Positions 38,397-48,309 of a DNA stretch of 64,000 bases are shown here, one piece after another. The notes under the pieces were generated by a model. It worked only from the letters and a program-made list of their open reading frames with translations, was not told where the DNA came from and did no database searches. Positions within the stretch are counted from its first letter, which is position 1. Each line of letters starts with the position of its first letter. The DNA is taken from contig CAXXYH010000004.1 of NCBI GenBank assembly GCA_963677925.2, positions 1,664,001 to 1,728,000 of the forward strand, given 5' to 3'. Both the position numbers and the translations under genes were made by a program. Source of the stretch: Spirochaetia bacterium (GTDB lineage Bacteria > Spirochaetota > Spirochaetia > UBA9216).

Positions 38397-39689
38397 TTAA
38401 AGCTCACCGGTCGGATGTGTCTGCCGCCATTCCGGGTCGACGGGGCATATCATCTTTCTTATTGACAGAAGGGCTGCAAGGGGAAGCAGGGCAGCTGCCG
38501 GAAATACAGCCTTCCATCCGAAGAATGTTACCGCCGGGGCCAGAAGCAGCGGGAATAGGGCTGCCGTCAGATTAAGCGCCCCGTAAATTCCTGAATACAG
38601 TGCCCGTTTTCCGTCAGGGCTAATCTGAACAAGAACCGCTTCCGACGACATCTTCTGCGCGCCGGCAAGGGCGCCGAGCAGCGGAATGATGATGAACATT
38701 GTAATCCGTCCTGCCCCGGCCGCTGTCATCACGGCTGCTGTAACCGGAAGGACAAATCCCATAATCGACTGAATTCTAAGCATCCCCTTGAATCCTGCCT
38801 TCCTCACTGCTGAAGGCCAGATCAGGTTGGATATAACCATTCCGCCTATCTGAAGCAGGACGATAACCCCTATGAAGTCTCCGCTTATTTTGTACTCTTT
38901 CATAAAGGATGGAATATAGAATGGAATCATAACGATTGCCGAGGAGAGCAGGTTTGCTGTGATTGTGTAGTTTCTGAAGGTGTTGTCGGTTTTTAGGATT
39001 TCCCGCATGGAGCCGAGAACCTTGAGTATTCCCGCTTTTGCGGCGCCTGTATCCTTTTTTTCACGGATCAGCCAGAAGCCTATGGAACCTGCTGCAAGCA
39101 TTGATGCTGCTGCAAGAAAGAGAAAGCCGTAGCGTTCAAGCCCCTTTTCAGCCGAGATTATAAAACGGGTCAGAATGCCCGAGATAAATACTCCTATACT
39201 CCAGAATACCTGCTTGTTAAGAAAAAAACGCTTCCGCAGGCTGTCGGGAATTGTTGTGCCTATCAGGGTCACATAGGTGATGCCGGCAAAGGCTCCGCTC
39301 AGCGTAAAGACAATCAGTCCCGCATAAATAAGCAGCAGCACCAGTGCTGTATTGAAAAGTCCCGAGTTAAGAAGCAGAAATCCTATCAGATAAAAGGAAA
39401 TCATCCTGGCGTATATCCCTCCAAGAAGAAATGGTTTCTTTCTCTTCCTTGACTGCAGAAACGGTGAGAACATCAGCTGTGAAACCAGAGGCAGTCCGGT
39501 CATAATAGTTGAGAGTATGCCGATATGGATTGCAGCACCGCCTGCCTGTACCACCATTGCCGGAAGGACTGTGTTGATTTCAGTGAATGTGACCGCGAGC
39601 GCAAGGAAAATTCCGTGAACCATGAATCCTGAATAACTGAGCTTCTGATCTTTATCGGCTTGCGCCCAGGCTGTTTTTTTTCTTTCCAT
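38397..39689 (-). CDS. MFS transporter
   Basis: About 12 hydrophobic segments; 430 aa. Confidence 0.85.
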   Translation of the reverse strand: MERKKTAWAQADKDQKLSYSGFMVHGIFLALAVTFTEINTVLPAMVVQAGGAAIHIGILSTIMTGLPLVSQLMFSPFLQSRKRKKPFLLGGIYARMISFYLIGFLLLNSGLFNTALVLLLIYAGLIVFTLSGAFAGITYVTLIGTTIPDSLRKRFFLNKQVFWSIGVFISGILTRFIISAEKGLERYGFLFLAAASMLAAGSIGFWLIREKKDTGAAKAGILKVLGSMREILKTDNTFRNYTITANLLSSAIVMIPFYIPSFMKEYKISGDFIGVIVLLQIGGMVISNLIWPSAVRKAGFKGMLRIQSIMGFVLPVTAAVMTAAGAGRITMFIIIPLLGALAGAQKMSSEAVLVQISPDGKRALYSGIYGALNLTAALFPLLLAPAVTFFGWKAVFPAAALLPLAALLSIRKMICPVDPEWRQTHPTGEL

Positions 39690-39747
39690 GAATCAATAAT
39701 AACCGATTTTATTCATCATTCAAAATAAATATGATACAGTTATAACG

Positions 39748-40389
39748 ATGATTTACCATACCAGAGTATTTGAGAAGCTTTCCGACGAAAAGAAGAACCG
39801 AATCCTGACCACTGCCGCAGCCGAATTTTCAGTCTGCGGATATCAGGCCGCGAATATTAATGTCATTGCAGATAAATGCGGTGTCAGCGTGGGAGCTCTT
39901 TATAAGTATTTCACAACAAAGGAAAATCTCTTTCTTACCGTATGTATGGATGCAGTCCGCCAGCTTTCTGAGAGTCTAAAAGCTGTTGAAGAGCTCGGCG
40001 GCGGAATATTTGAAAAAGTTGAAAATGTAATTCGTACCATCCTTTCACATTCCCGCAGATACAGCGAACTCATCAATCTTTATATAGAAATAACCACCGA
40101 AGGAAACAGTGAACTGGCCTCCAAGCTGTCATACCAGATGGAGTCGGTTTCAGCCGAATACTACCGCAGGCTTATCAGGCAGGCTGTCGACTCTGGAGAA
40201 TTGAAGTCCGGATGTGATGCCGGGATGGCTGCATTCTGCATGGATAACCTGTTCATGGCTCTTCAGTTTTCATACGCCTCTGAGTACTGGAAGGAGCGCA
40301 TGAAGATATATGTTGATGAGAATATCTTCGATGATGATGAGCGTGTAGTTTCCGGTATGATGAATTTCATAAAAAATGCACTTAAATAG
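39748..40389 (+). CDS. TetR/AcrR family transcriptional regulator
   Basis: N-terminal HTH GYQAANINVIADKCGVSVGALYKYFTTKENLF. Confidence 0.93.
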   Translation: MIYHTRVFEKLSDEKKNRILTTAAAEFSVCGYQAANINVIADKCGVSVGALYKYFTTKENLFLTVCMDAVRQLSESLKAVEELGGGIFEKVENVIRTILSHSRRYSELINLYIEITTEGNSELASKLSYQMESVSAEYYRRLIRQAVDSGELKSGCDAGMAAFCMDNLFMALQFSYASEYWKERMKIYVDENIFDDDERVVSGMMNFIKNALK

Positions 40390-40411
40390 CTCTGCTGCAG
40401 CATAAGAATGA

Positions 40412-40467
40412 TTGACTTTCTGAGAAGACGTGGTAAACTTAAAAAGTGAGTGACTGCTCACTTTTTA
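40412..40467 (+). promoter_or_regulatory. Promoter with a palindromic operator over the start site (likely TetR site)
   Basis: TTGACT-16-TAAACT with extended TG; TAAAAAGTGAG-TGACTG-CTCACTTTTTA at 40440-40467. Confidence 0.8.
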
Positions 40468-40488
40468 TAAAATCTACAGGGGGACATT

Positions 40489-41949
40489 ATGTCATTCTCT
40501 ATTTCAGAATATCCTGATACCGCAGCTGTAACTGCTGATCTGCAGAGGCTTGTCAAGCTTCCGGTGCCGGCATTCACAGATGAATACTCAAAGAAGATCG
40601 ATTCCTACTTCGAAGATAAATGCTCCGGGTCTAAGGCCATGATTGAAACTGCGAAGCAGCGGATACCCGGCGGAGTTCAGCATAACCTTGCATTCAACCA
40701 TCCCTTTCCGCTGGTAATAACAAAGGCCGAAGGCGCCTACCTTTATGATACCGACGGAAATAAATACATCGATTTCCTGCAGGCCGGCGGACCGACAGTT
40801 CTCGGAAGCAATATGCCCTCAGTGCGCGAGAAGGTTATCAGCCTGCTTAATGACTGCGGCCCTTCAACCGGACTCTTTCATGAATACGAATTTCTGCTTG
40901 CCGACAAGATTGCTCAGCTTTTTCCGTCGGTGGAGATGTTTCGAATGCTTGGAAGCGGAACCGAATCATGCATGGCTGCAATACGAGTGGCCAGGCTTGC
41001 GACCGGAAAAAAGAATGTTGTGAAAATGGGCGGTGCCTATCACGGCTGGAGCGATCAGCTTGCCTACGGAATACGTCTTCCGGGCAGCATGCACTTCGAG
41101 GCCCACGGGGTACCGAGGTATATATTCAAAAATACCCAGGAATTTTATCCCAACGATCTGGGCAGCCTTGAAAGGGTACTCAAGCGCAACCAGCTGCGCG
41201 GCGGAACCGCAGCGGTGCTGATTGAACCGATGGGCCCCGAGAGCGGAACCAGACCGCTGGACCGTGATTTTAATGCGGGTGTCAGAAGACTCTGTGATAA
41301 ATACGGTGCACTTCTGGTTTTTGATGAAGTAGTTACCGCCTTCAGGATAGGAATGTCCGGAGCTCAGGGGTACTTCGGAGTAAGCCCCGATCTGACAGTC
41401 TTCGGGAAGGTAGTTGCAGGCGGTTATCCTTCGGCAGGAGGGCTTGGCGGAAAGCGCGAATACATGAAATTCCTGGCAGCCGGAATACAGACCGGACAGA
41501 AGAAGGCTCTCATTGGCGGAACAATGGCCGCCAACCCTCTGAGTTCAGCGGCAGGATATTTCACTCTCTGCGAGATGGAAGAGCAGAAGGCCTGCGAGAA
41601 GGCGGGTACTGCTGCCGACAGACTTACCAAAGGGCTGCAGAAAATAATCAGTGAACTGGCTCTTCCCTTTGTAGCCTTCAACCAGGGTGCAATATGCCAT
41701 CTTGAAACCAGTGCTGCAATGCTTCTTGATATCGACATTAAAAGATTCTGGACAATAAAAAATACTATAAAGAATGCCCATGACCGAAAAGCCTCTATGG
41801 AACTTTTCGGTGCCGCCTATACCATGGAAGGGCTTATAACCCTGGCAGGAAGCAGACTGTATACGAATGCTGAGGATACCGATGAGGTGATTGATGAAGC
41901 TCTTGAAGGTTTTAGACATGTATTTTCGAATGTAAGGAAGATGATATGA
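40489..41949 (+). CDS. Class III aminotransferase (GSA-aminomutase-like fold, probably catabolic)
   Basis: GAYLYDTDGNKYIDF, SGTES, GAYHG, FDEVVTAFR, FGKVVAGG, GGT. Confidence 0.88.
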   Translation: MSFSISEYPDTAAVTADLQRLVKLPVPAFTDEYSKKIDSYFEDKCSGSKAMIETAKQRIPGGVQHNLAFNHPFPLVITKAEGAYLYDTDGNKYIDFLQAGGPTVLGSNMPSVREKVISLLNDCGPSTGLFHEYEFLLADKIAQLFPSVEMFRMLGSGTESCMAAIRVARLATGKKNVVKMGGAYHGWSDQLAYGIRLPGSMHFEAHGVPRYIFKNTQEFYPNDLGSLERVLKRNQLRGGTAAVLIEPMGPESGTRPLDRDFNAGVRRLCDKYGALLVFDEVVTAFRIGMSGAQGYFGVSPDLTVFGKVVAGGYPSAGGLGGKREYMKFLAAGIQTGQKKALIGGTMAANPLSSAAGYFTLCEMEEQKACEKAGTAADRLTKGLQKIISELALPFVAFNQGAICHLETSAAMLLDIDIKRFWTIKNTIKNAHDRKASMELFGAAYTMEGLITLAGSRLYTNAEDTDEVIDEALEGFRHVFSNVRKMI

Positions 41950-42605
41950 CAGAAGCCGATGCCAGAATAATTCTGCGTGATGCAGGATTCCGCTTTGTGG
42001 AATCAGGCCTGACTACCGGAACCTGGGGAAATATCAGTCTGCGGTTTTCAAATGATGAGATGCTTGTTACGCCCAGCGGCGCCGATTATCTGTCGATACA
42101 GCCGGCAGACCTTACTCTTGTAAAAATATCTGATGACAGCTGGAGCGGTTCTGCTAAACCTTCCAGCGAATACAAGCTGCATTCTGCAATTTACCGTGAC
42201 CGAAGGGATATTAATGCTGTCATCCACACTCACAGTACGAATGCCAGTGTTGCCGCCGCGGCCAGACGCGAGGTTCCGCCGGTGCTTGATGATCTTGCCC
42301 AGATTATCGGACCGACAGTAAGGGTTGCCGATTATGCTTTGCCAAGTACGAAGGCAATTGTGAAAAAGACACTGAAGGCGCTTAAGGGGCGGAATGCGGC
42401 TTTGATGGCCAATCACGGTGCAGTCTGTCTGGGCCGGGATATCGATGAGGTATTTACTGCAGCGGAGGTTCTTGAGAAGGGCTGTAAAGCCTTTATTGAA
42501 GCAGAATTCCTGGGCGGGGCAAAATCAATAAATAAGTTTGAGGCCGGACTGATGCATCAGATCTACCTTAAAAAATATTCAAAAATCAGGATGAAAGAAA
42601 AATGA
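41946..42605 (+). CDS. Class II aldolase/adducin family protein (FucA-like)
   Basis: GNIS, TPSG, PSSE..LH, HTHS, NHG. Confidence 0.92.
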   Translation: MTEADARIILRDAGFRFVESGLTTGTWGNISLRFSNDEMLVTPSGADYLSIQPADLTLVKISDDSWSGSAKPSSEYKLHSAIYRDRRDINAVIHTHSTNASVAAAARREVPPVLDDLAQIIGPTVRVADYALPSTKAIVKKTLKALKGRNAALMANHGAVCLGRDIDEVFTAAEVLEKGCKAFIEAEFLGGAKSINKFEAGLMHQIYLKKYSKIRMKEK

Positions 42606-44206
42606 AAAGCGAAACCTGCATCCTTGCTTATGATATAGGAACTACGAGTATCAAAACCTGTCTGTACCGGACCGGTGATGTGTTTGAACTGCTTGGGAGC
42701 TCGATGCAGGAATATTCCATTACAATATCTGCCGGCGGTGCTGCGGAGCAGAATCCTGAGAACTGGATAGAGGCCCTTACCGCGACCACACAGGAAGTGA
42801 TAAACGAATCAGGCATGGATCCTGCGGCTGTAACAGCTGTTTCATTTTCATCGCAGATGCAGGGTCTGGTTCTTACCGATGCTGAAGGCCTCCCGGTAAG
42901 GCCTGCGATGAGTTATATGGATCAGCGGGCCGTGAAGCAGAAGGCTGATTTCGGCCGCGGATTAAAAATCGAGGGGATCCCGGTATTTACTCTTCTTTCA
43001 AGCATTAAAATTACAGGAATTGCTCCTACAAGCGTAAAAGATCCGCTTTGGAAGTATCACTGGGTAAAGGAAAATGAGCCTGAGGTTTTTAAAAAGACTG
43101 CATACTGGTTTGACGTAAAGGATTTTATAATCTTCAGGCTTACCGGAAAGGCTGTTGCCACAAGGGATTCCGCCTGTGCAGCAGGTCTGTTTGACAACCG
43201 TCCGGGTAGAAACTGCTGGAGCAAATCCCTGTGCAGACGATACGGAGTTAATTTTGAGCATCTTCCCTCTATTATAGAATCACATGAACCGGCCGGGGTT
43301 CTGCTTCCGGAATGGGCTGAGGCTATGGGTTTGGCGCCGGGTACAATCGTATTCGGCGGCGGCGGAGATGCTTCGATGATAGGGCTTGGCGCCGGAGCGG
43401 TCAGTGAAAACTCAGCCCACATCTACATGGGAACTTCAGGCTGGGTCTCTGCCGTTACAAAGCAGCGAAGGCTTGATCTTGAGCACAAAATTGCATCCAT
43501 AACATGCGCTGTTCCCGATCGCTATCATTATTTCTGTGAGCAGGAAACCTCAGGGAAATGCCTGGAGTGGGTGAAGGATCATCTTGCACTTGATGAAATC
43601 GGAATCTACCTTAAGAAAACTTCGGTGACTGATGATCCGGAATCGATATACAGAAATCTTTTTGAATACCTCAATGAGGTAATCGGTGATACTGAACCCG
43701 GCTGTGACGGGGTCATTTTTACTCCCTGGCTTCACGGAAGCCGTTCTCCATTTGAGGATCCGAACGCCAGGGGGATCTTTTTCAATATAGGACTGAGCAG
43801 CGGAAAGAGAGACATGATAAGGGCTGTTGTTGAAGGCCTTGCCTACAGTACCAGGTGGATGCTTGAAAGCATTGAAACAAGGGTAAGATGCAATAAACGG
43901 CTGAGATTTGCAGGCGGCGGAGCTCTTTCTCCGGTAACTGCACAGATAATGGCTGATATCACCGGGCATGAAATTGAAGTTCCCGAGAATCCTCATAATG
44001 CCGGAGCTCTCGGGGCCGCCCTTACGGCAGCCTTCGGGCTTGGAATGATATCCTCCTTTGATGAAATACCCTCAAGAATTAAGCAGCAGGATGTGTATTG
44101 CCCCGATCTTAGCAATAAGCCGGTTTATGATCGCAACTATAAAGTTTTCAAAAATTTATATAAACAGAACAGGACCTTATTCTCAATGATGAACAGCTGC
44201 GGTTAA
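42602..44206 (+). CDS. FGGY-family carbohydrate kinase
   Basis: DIGTTSIK, DQRA, GGGD, GTSGW, RAVVEG, GGGA. Confidence 0.92.
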   Translation: MKSETCILAYDIGTTSIKTCLYRTGDVFELLGSSMQEYSITISAGGAAEQNPENWIEALTATTQEVINESGMDPAAVTAVSFSSQMQGLVLTDAEGLPVRPAMSYMDQRAVKQKADFGRGLKIEGIPVFTLLSSIKITGIAPTSVKDPLWKYHWVKENEPEVFKKTAYWFDVKDFIIFRLTGKAVATRDSACAAGLFDNRPGRNCWSKSLCRRYGVNFEHLPSIIESHEPAGVLLPEWAEAMGLAPGTIVFGGGGDASMIGLGAGAVSENSAHIYMGTSGWVSAVTKQRRLDLEHKIASITCAVPDRYHYFCEQETSGKCLEWVKDHLALDEIGIYLKKTSVTDDPESIYRNLFEYLNEVIGDTEPGCDGVIFTPWLHGSRSPFEDPNARGIFFNIGLSSGKRDMIRAVVEGLAYSTRWMLESIETRVRCNKRLRFAGGGALSPVTAQIMADITGHEIEVPENPHNAGALGAALTAAFGLGMISSFDEIPSRIKQQDVYCPDLSNKPVYDRNYKVFKNLYKQNRTLFSMMNSCG

Positions 44207-44225
44207 ACAGGTCCGGGAGGAAGTA

Positions 44226-45503
44226 ATGCAGGAAGATTACAAGGTATACGGTTACAGGTGGGTGGTTCTTGCCGCCTTCATGGCAGTCACTGTGGTGATA
44301 GAGATACAGTGGCTTGCGCATGCCTCGGTGGCCCGGGCTGCTGAAGCTTTCTACATAGGCCAGTTCAGTCCGGATTCGGTTGTTAATATTGATTTTCTGG
44401 CAATGTCGTATATGTTTGTTTTTTTAATTATATGTATTCCTGCTTCATATGTGATCGACACCTTCGGAATAAAAACCGGACTTGGAATAGGCTGTGTCCT
44501 TACAGCTGCATTCAGCCTGCTCAAGGGCTTCGGTGGAGGAAGTTTTAATCTGGTTATGATTGCCCAGATGGGACTGGCTGTAGCCCAGCCTTTTATTCTT
44601 AATGCCGTGACTGCCGTCACAGTCCGGTGGTTTCCTCTTGAAGAACGGGGAACAGCTGCGGGACTTGCCGCGCTTGCCCAGTATATAGGGATAGCCATAG
44701 CCATGGCTGTGACGCCGATGCTTGTTTCAGGTTCTCCTTCCGACCCCGACTACGGACAGGGAATTGATACCATGCTGATGATCTATGGTCTTATCAGCGC
44801 TGTGACTGCAGTTGCGGCATTCGTGCTTATCAAGGAAAAGCCTCCGACACAGCCTTCCGGTGAAGAGTATGTTCATACCAAATTTTCCGAAGGATTCAAA
44901 TATATCTTCGGAAGCAGGGACATGGTTCTGACCATCGTTCTGTTTTTTATCGGCCTCGGGATATTCAACGCTGTAAGTTCAATGGTTGACTCAATTTCAG
45001 GCGCACTGGGAGTGGATGACTCGGACGGCATGATCGGTGTGCTGATGATCGTCGGAGGAGTTATAGGTGCGATTTTAATTCCGATGCTTTCAGATAAGTT
45101 CCGCAAGCGGAAACTGTTTCTTGTTATATGCATGGCCGGTATGATTCCCGGGGTTGCAGGTCTTGCTTTTTCAGACATCCTGTTCAGTTCTGCTGATGCT
45201 GTCTATACAGCGGCTCTTGTTTCGGCCTTCGTCCTCGGTTTCTTTGTTATGAGTGCAGGTCCGGTCGGTTTTCAGTATGCCGCTGAAGTCAGTTACCCGG
45301 CTCCCGAATCCAGCTCACAGGGGCTTCTCCTTCTTGCAGGCCAGATCACCGGTCTTGTTTTTACAGCGCTTATGAGCCTCAGGAGCAATCAGTACCTCGG
45401 TACAATGATGAGTCTTTTCAGTCTTCTTGCAGTCGCCGCACTGATTCTGATACTTATGGTGAAGGAATCACCTATGATGGGTGTATCTGCTAAAAAAGAG
45501 TAG
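44226..45503 (+). CDS. MFS transporter resembling the FLVCR/SLC49 family
   Basis: YKVYGYRWVVL N-terminus, WFPLEERGTA, QYAAEVSYP; about 12 TM segments. Confidence 0.85.
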   Translation: MQEDYKVYGYRWVVLAAFMAVTVVIEIQWLAHASVARAAEAFYIGQFSPDSVVNIDFLAMSYMFVFLIICIPASYVIDTFGIKTGLGIGCVLTAAFSLLKGFGGGSFNLVMIAQMGLAVAQPFILNAVTAVTVRWFPLEERGTAAGLAALAQYIGIAIAMAVTPMLVSGSPSDPDYGQGIDTMLMIYGLISAVTAVAAFVLIKEKPPTQPSGEEYVHTKFSEGFKYIFGSRDMVLTIVLFFIGLGIFNAVSSMVDSISGALGVDDSDGMIGVLMIVGGVIGAILIPMLSDKFRKRKLFLVICMAGMIPGVAGLAFSDILFSSADAVYTAALVSAFVLGFFVMSAGPVGFQYAAEVSYPAPESSSQGLLLLAGQITGLVFTALMSLRSNQYLGTMMSLFSLLAVAALILILMVKESPMMGVSAKKE

Positions 45504-45884
45504 CGCCTGCAATACTTTCAGGTTCTGACTCAGATTCTGATATTACAATAAGTTCTTTAAGGTTCCGATGCAGAACCTCTATGTTCATATTTATTTCAGA
45601 TGCGGAACCTGCAACTTTCTGGTTTTCCTGTTTCAGACTCTGAATAGAATGCATGATTACGTTTCCGCTGGAGGATATTTCCTGTGCCTCACTTGAATCA
45701 TCAATGATACTGCGGGCCTGCTGGGTGCAGGCATCGATACATACGCCGCATCCGATGCATCGGTCGTGTAATATTTTTACGTATCACCGGAACCGTCAAT
45801 ACAGAAATTAACCGGACATACAGAGATACACATGTGACAGCTGTTGCATTTTTCGATATCAACATTAATGACTGGTTTTAGCAT
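45490..45884 (-). pseudogene. Frameshifted remnant: 2[4Fe-4S] ferredoxin domain joined to a chemoreceptor-like helical tail
   Basis: MLKPVINVDIEKCNSCHMCISVCPVNFCIDGSGDT* (45884-45777) continues in another frame as VKILHDRCIGCGVCIDACTQQARSIIDD...EISSSGNVIMHSIQSLKQENQKV to TAG at 45490. Confidence 0.75.
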
Positions 45885-46009
45885 TTCTTTACCTTGATTA
45901 AAACGTTAACGTATTTATTAAGCACATCGATAATCTATCATGTGAGTATTAAGCAAAAATTAAAAAATAATTAAAAAGAATTAAATATAGTTTAAAAAAA
46001 TTAGTTTAT

Positions 46010-46038
46010 TTGTCATTTCAATTTTGTTCCCCTATAAT
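46010..46038 (+). promoter_or_regulatory. sigma70 promoter with an A-tract UP region
   Basis: TTGTCA-17-TATAAT preceded by A/T tracts. Confidence 0.7.
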
Positions 46039-46103
46039 AATATACAGAAAGCTGATGTATTGAATGCCGTAAAAGTTTAGTTTTTAAAGTAGCGGAGTTC
46101 CGG

Positions 46104-47924
46104 ATGAAAATATTCTCAAAAATCCTGGTATCAATACTGATAATGATTCTAGGATTTTTTTCAGCCTTCGCAGTGTTATTATATTCCTATAGCTATACTG
46201 AGAAGGTTCAAAATATTAGAGAGACTTCACTTCTCTGTATTAACTACTATACCAGGATGAATGATCGTACCTTAGCTCTTCTTTCAAGTGATATTTCTCT
46301 TGAGATCATGTATTTTCAGTGGCAGCAGTCTGTCAGTGATTTTAAGGAGATTTATCAAATAATGCAGACTCATCCTTCAAGGAATCTGTTTTCAGATAAA
46401 TCTGATGACCAGCTTAATCAGATAGAAACTTTGTGGATGCTGCAGCTGGATATTTTTAAAGAGTTATACAATGATTTTTCTATAATTTTTACTTCTGATA
46501 ATTTTTTTGATTCCGAAAAAACAGGTATACTTCTTATGATCCAGGCAGATCGAAACAGAGGGTCTGATTCGGGTAAAGATTTTGCTACTCTCATCAGGAT
46601 TAGGAAGAACCTCGAATCACTTTCGCAGGTTTATTCAGAAAGAATGCTGGATGCTCTTTCCTTAAACTCTGAGAATTTAAACACTGAAATTATTATGTCC
46701 AACAATAGAAGAATGAAAATATCAATGACTATTGTTGCGTTGATTGTAGTCTTTACCATTTATATATCTGTAAAATTCAGTCAAAAGCTATGGGATTCAA
46801 TGAGGCTGAAAAATGAGGAGCTTGAACTCAAGGTTTATGAACGGACTGCCCAGCTTGAGGAATCAAACAGTGAACTTGAGACTGCTAATAATAACCTTAT
46901 CAGAACAAATACGAAACTTGAAACGGCAATGAACTCACTCAAGCAGACACAGGACCAGCTGATATTTTCCGAAAAAAAAGCAGTTCTTGGACAGCTGGCT
47001 GCAGGACTTTCTCATGAAGTTAATACACCGCTTGGAGCAATCAAATCATCTACCAGGACGCTCAGGAATCAGCTTGATGAAATTCTTAAGGCAATTAGCG
47101 GTGAAATAATTGAATGGGACTCAAAGGAGGTTGAAGCGTTTAAAGTGCTGATTCTGGGAATACAGAAGGATAAAGAAGGTATGTTTCTTTCTGCTGATCG
47201 TCATCTTAGGAATATCGTTAAAGCCGGTCTTGTTGAAAATGGAATAAATAATCCGGAGCTGTTCTCTCATTATTTTATGGAACTGAAATTTCACCCGGAA
47301 GATCTGGAGAAGTTTATAAAAATTTTAAAACTGAAGCATGGATACGGAATAGTCACAACAGCCTCAATTATATCCACCCTGTATTCGATAGGTGAAGTTA
47401 TTGAAAGCTCCGAAGAGAAGATGTCCGTTGTAATAAAATCTCTCAGAGCTCTTGCTTATACAGAATCCGAAGGAGTCCTTACAGCAGTAAATCCTGCAGA
47501 ATCAATTGATAATGTACTCAAACTCTATTTCACCAAAACTGTCGGTAATGTGGCAATTGCAAAATTCTATAATTCGGAGAAAAAGATTATCTGCTTCGAA
47601 GATCAGCTGAATCTAATCTGGATAAATCTGATCAACAACGCCCTTCAGGCGATGCGCTATTCCGGCAGACTTGAGATCAAAATAAATGAAGTTCCGGATG
47701 GTCTTTCTGTCTCATTTACAGATACCGGGCCAGGAATACCTGAAGAAATACAGTCGATGATTTTTAATTCCTTTTTTACCACCAAGAAATACGGAGAGGG
47801 GAGCGGAATAGGCCTTAATCTGGTAAAGAATATTCTGAACAGGATAGACGGTGATGTAACTTTCAGCAGTATACCCGGTAATACTGTTTTTTCAATACTA
47901 TTCAGGAGGATTGATGAAGGGTAA
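46104..47924 (+). CDS. Membrane sensor histidine kinase
   Basis: Two TM segments, SHEVNTPLG H-box, NLINNALQA, DTGPGI, FFTTK, GSGIGL. Confidence 0.93.
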   Translation: MKIFSKILVSILIMILGFFSAFAVLLYSYSYTEKVQNIRETSLLCINYYTRMNDRTLALLSSDISLEIMYFQWQQSVSDFKEIYQIMQTHPSRNLFSDKSDDQLNQIETLWMLQLDIFKELYNDFSIIFTSDNFFDSEKTGILLMIQADRNRGSDSGKDFATLIRIRKNLESLSQVYSERMLDALSLNSENLNTEIIMSNNRRMKISMTIVALIVVFTIYISVKFSQKLWDSMRLKNEELELKVYERTAQLEESNSELETANNNLIRTNTKLETAMNSLKQTQDQLIFSEKKAVLGQLAAGLSHEVNTPLGAIKSSTRTLRNQLDEILKAISGEIIEWDSKEVEAFKVLILGIQKDKEGMFLSADRHLRNIVKAGLVENGINNPELFSHYFMELKFHPEDLEKFIKILKLKHGYGIVTTASIISTLYSIGEVIESSEEKMSVVIKSLRALAYTESEGVLTAVNPAESIDNVLKLYFTKTVGNVAIAKFYNSEKKIICFEDQLNLIWINLINNALQAMRYSGRLEIKINEVPDGLSVSFTDTGPGIPEEIQSMIFNSFFTTKKYGEGSGIGLNLVKNILNRIDGDVTFSSIPGNTVFSILFRRIDEG

Positions 47925-48303
47925 ATATATTATATGCGTTGATGATGAAGCCATTATTCTCTATGCATTAAAGCTGGAGCTTATGAATTATTTCGGCGGA
48001 AAATTTTCATATGAAACTGCCGTAAACGGAATTGAAGCTCTGGAGATTATTGATGAAATTTACGAAGAAGGCGGTTCTGTTTTCCTCATCATTTCCGACT
48101 GGGTCATGCCCGGTATGAGCGGTGATGAATTTCTTCTGAAAGCTGATGAAAAGCATCCTGAAACACATAAAATGATAATAACCGGACAGAGAGATGATGG
48201 TGCTATATCAGCTTTGAGAGAAAAGCTCAGACTTGAGAGCGTAATAACCAAACCATGGGACTTCAGTCAGATTGCTGAGAAAATAGAAGAACTGTCCGGT
48301 TAG
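47911..48303 (+). CDS. Single-domain response regulator
   Basis: VDDE, SDWVMPGMSG, ITG, KPW. Confidence 0.92.
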   Translation: MMKGKYIICVDDEAIILYALKLELMNYFGGKFSYETAVNGIEALEIIDEIYEEGGSVFLIISDWVMPGMSGDEFLLKADEKHPETHKMIITGQRDDGAISALREKLRLESVITKPWDFSQIAEKIEELSG

Positions 48304-48309
48304 GCTGAT

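Noticed and set aside
38141-38465. Track ORFs 38141-38407(-) and 38232-38465(+)
   Set aside because: Explained by the real 52-aa rubredoxin in another frame (38219-38377).
40489-41949. hemL (glutamate-1-semialdehyde aminomutase) call
   Set aside because: N-terminal extension, GGVQHN instead of GGVNSP, and a catabolic operon context with no tetrapyrrole genes.
45775-45785. Programmed -1 frameshift in the ferredoxin remnant
   Set aside because: No slippery heptamer precedes the stop; a single-base loss is the simpler explanation.
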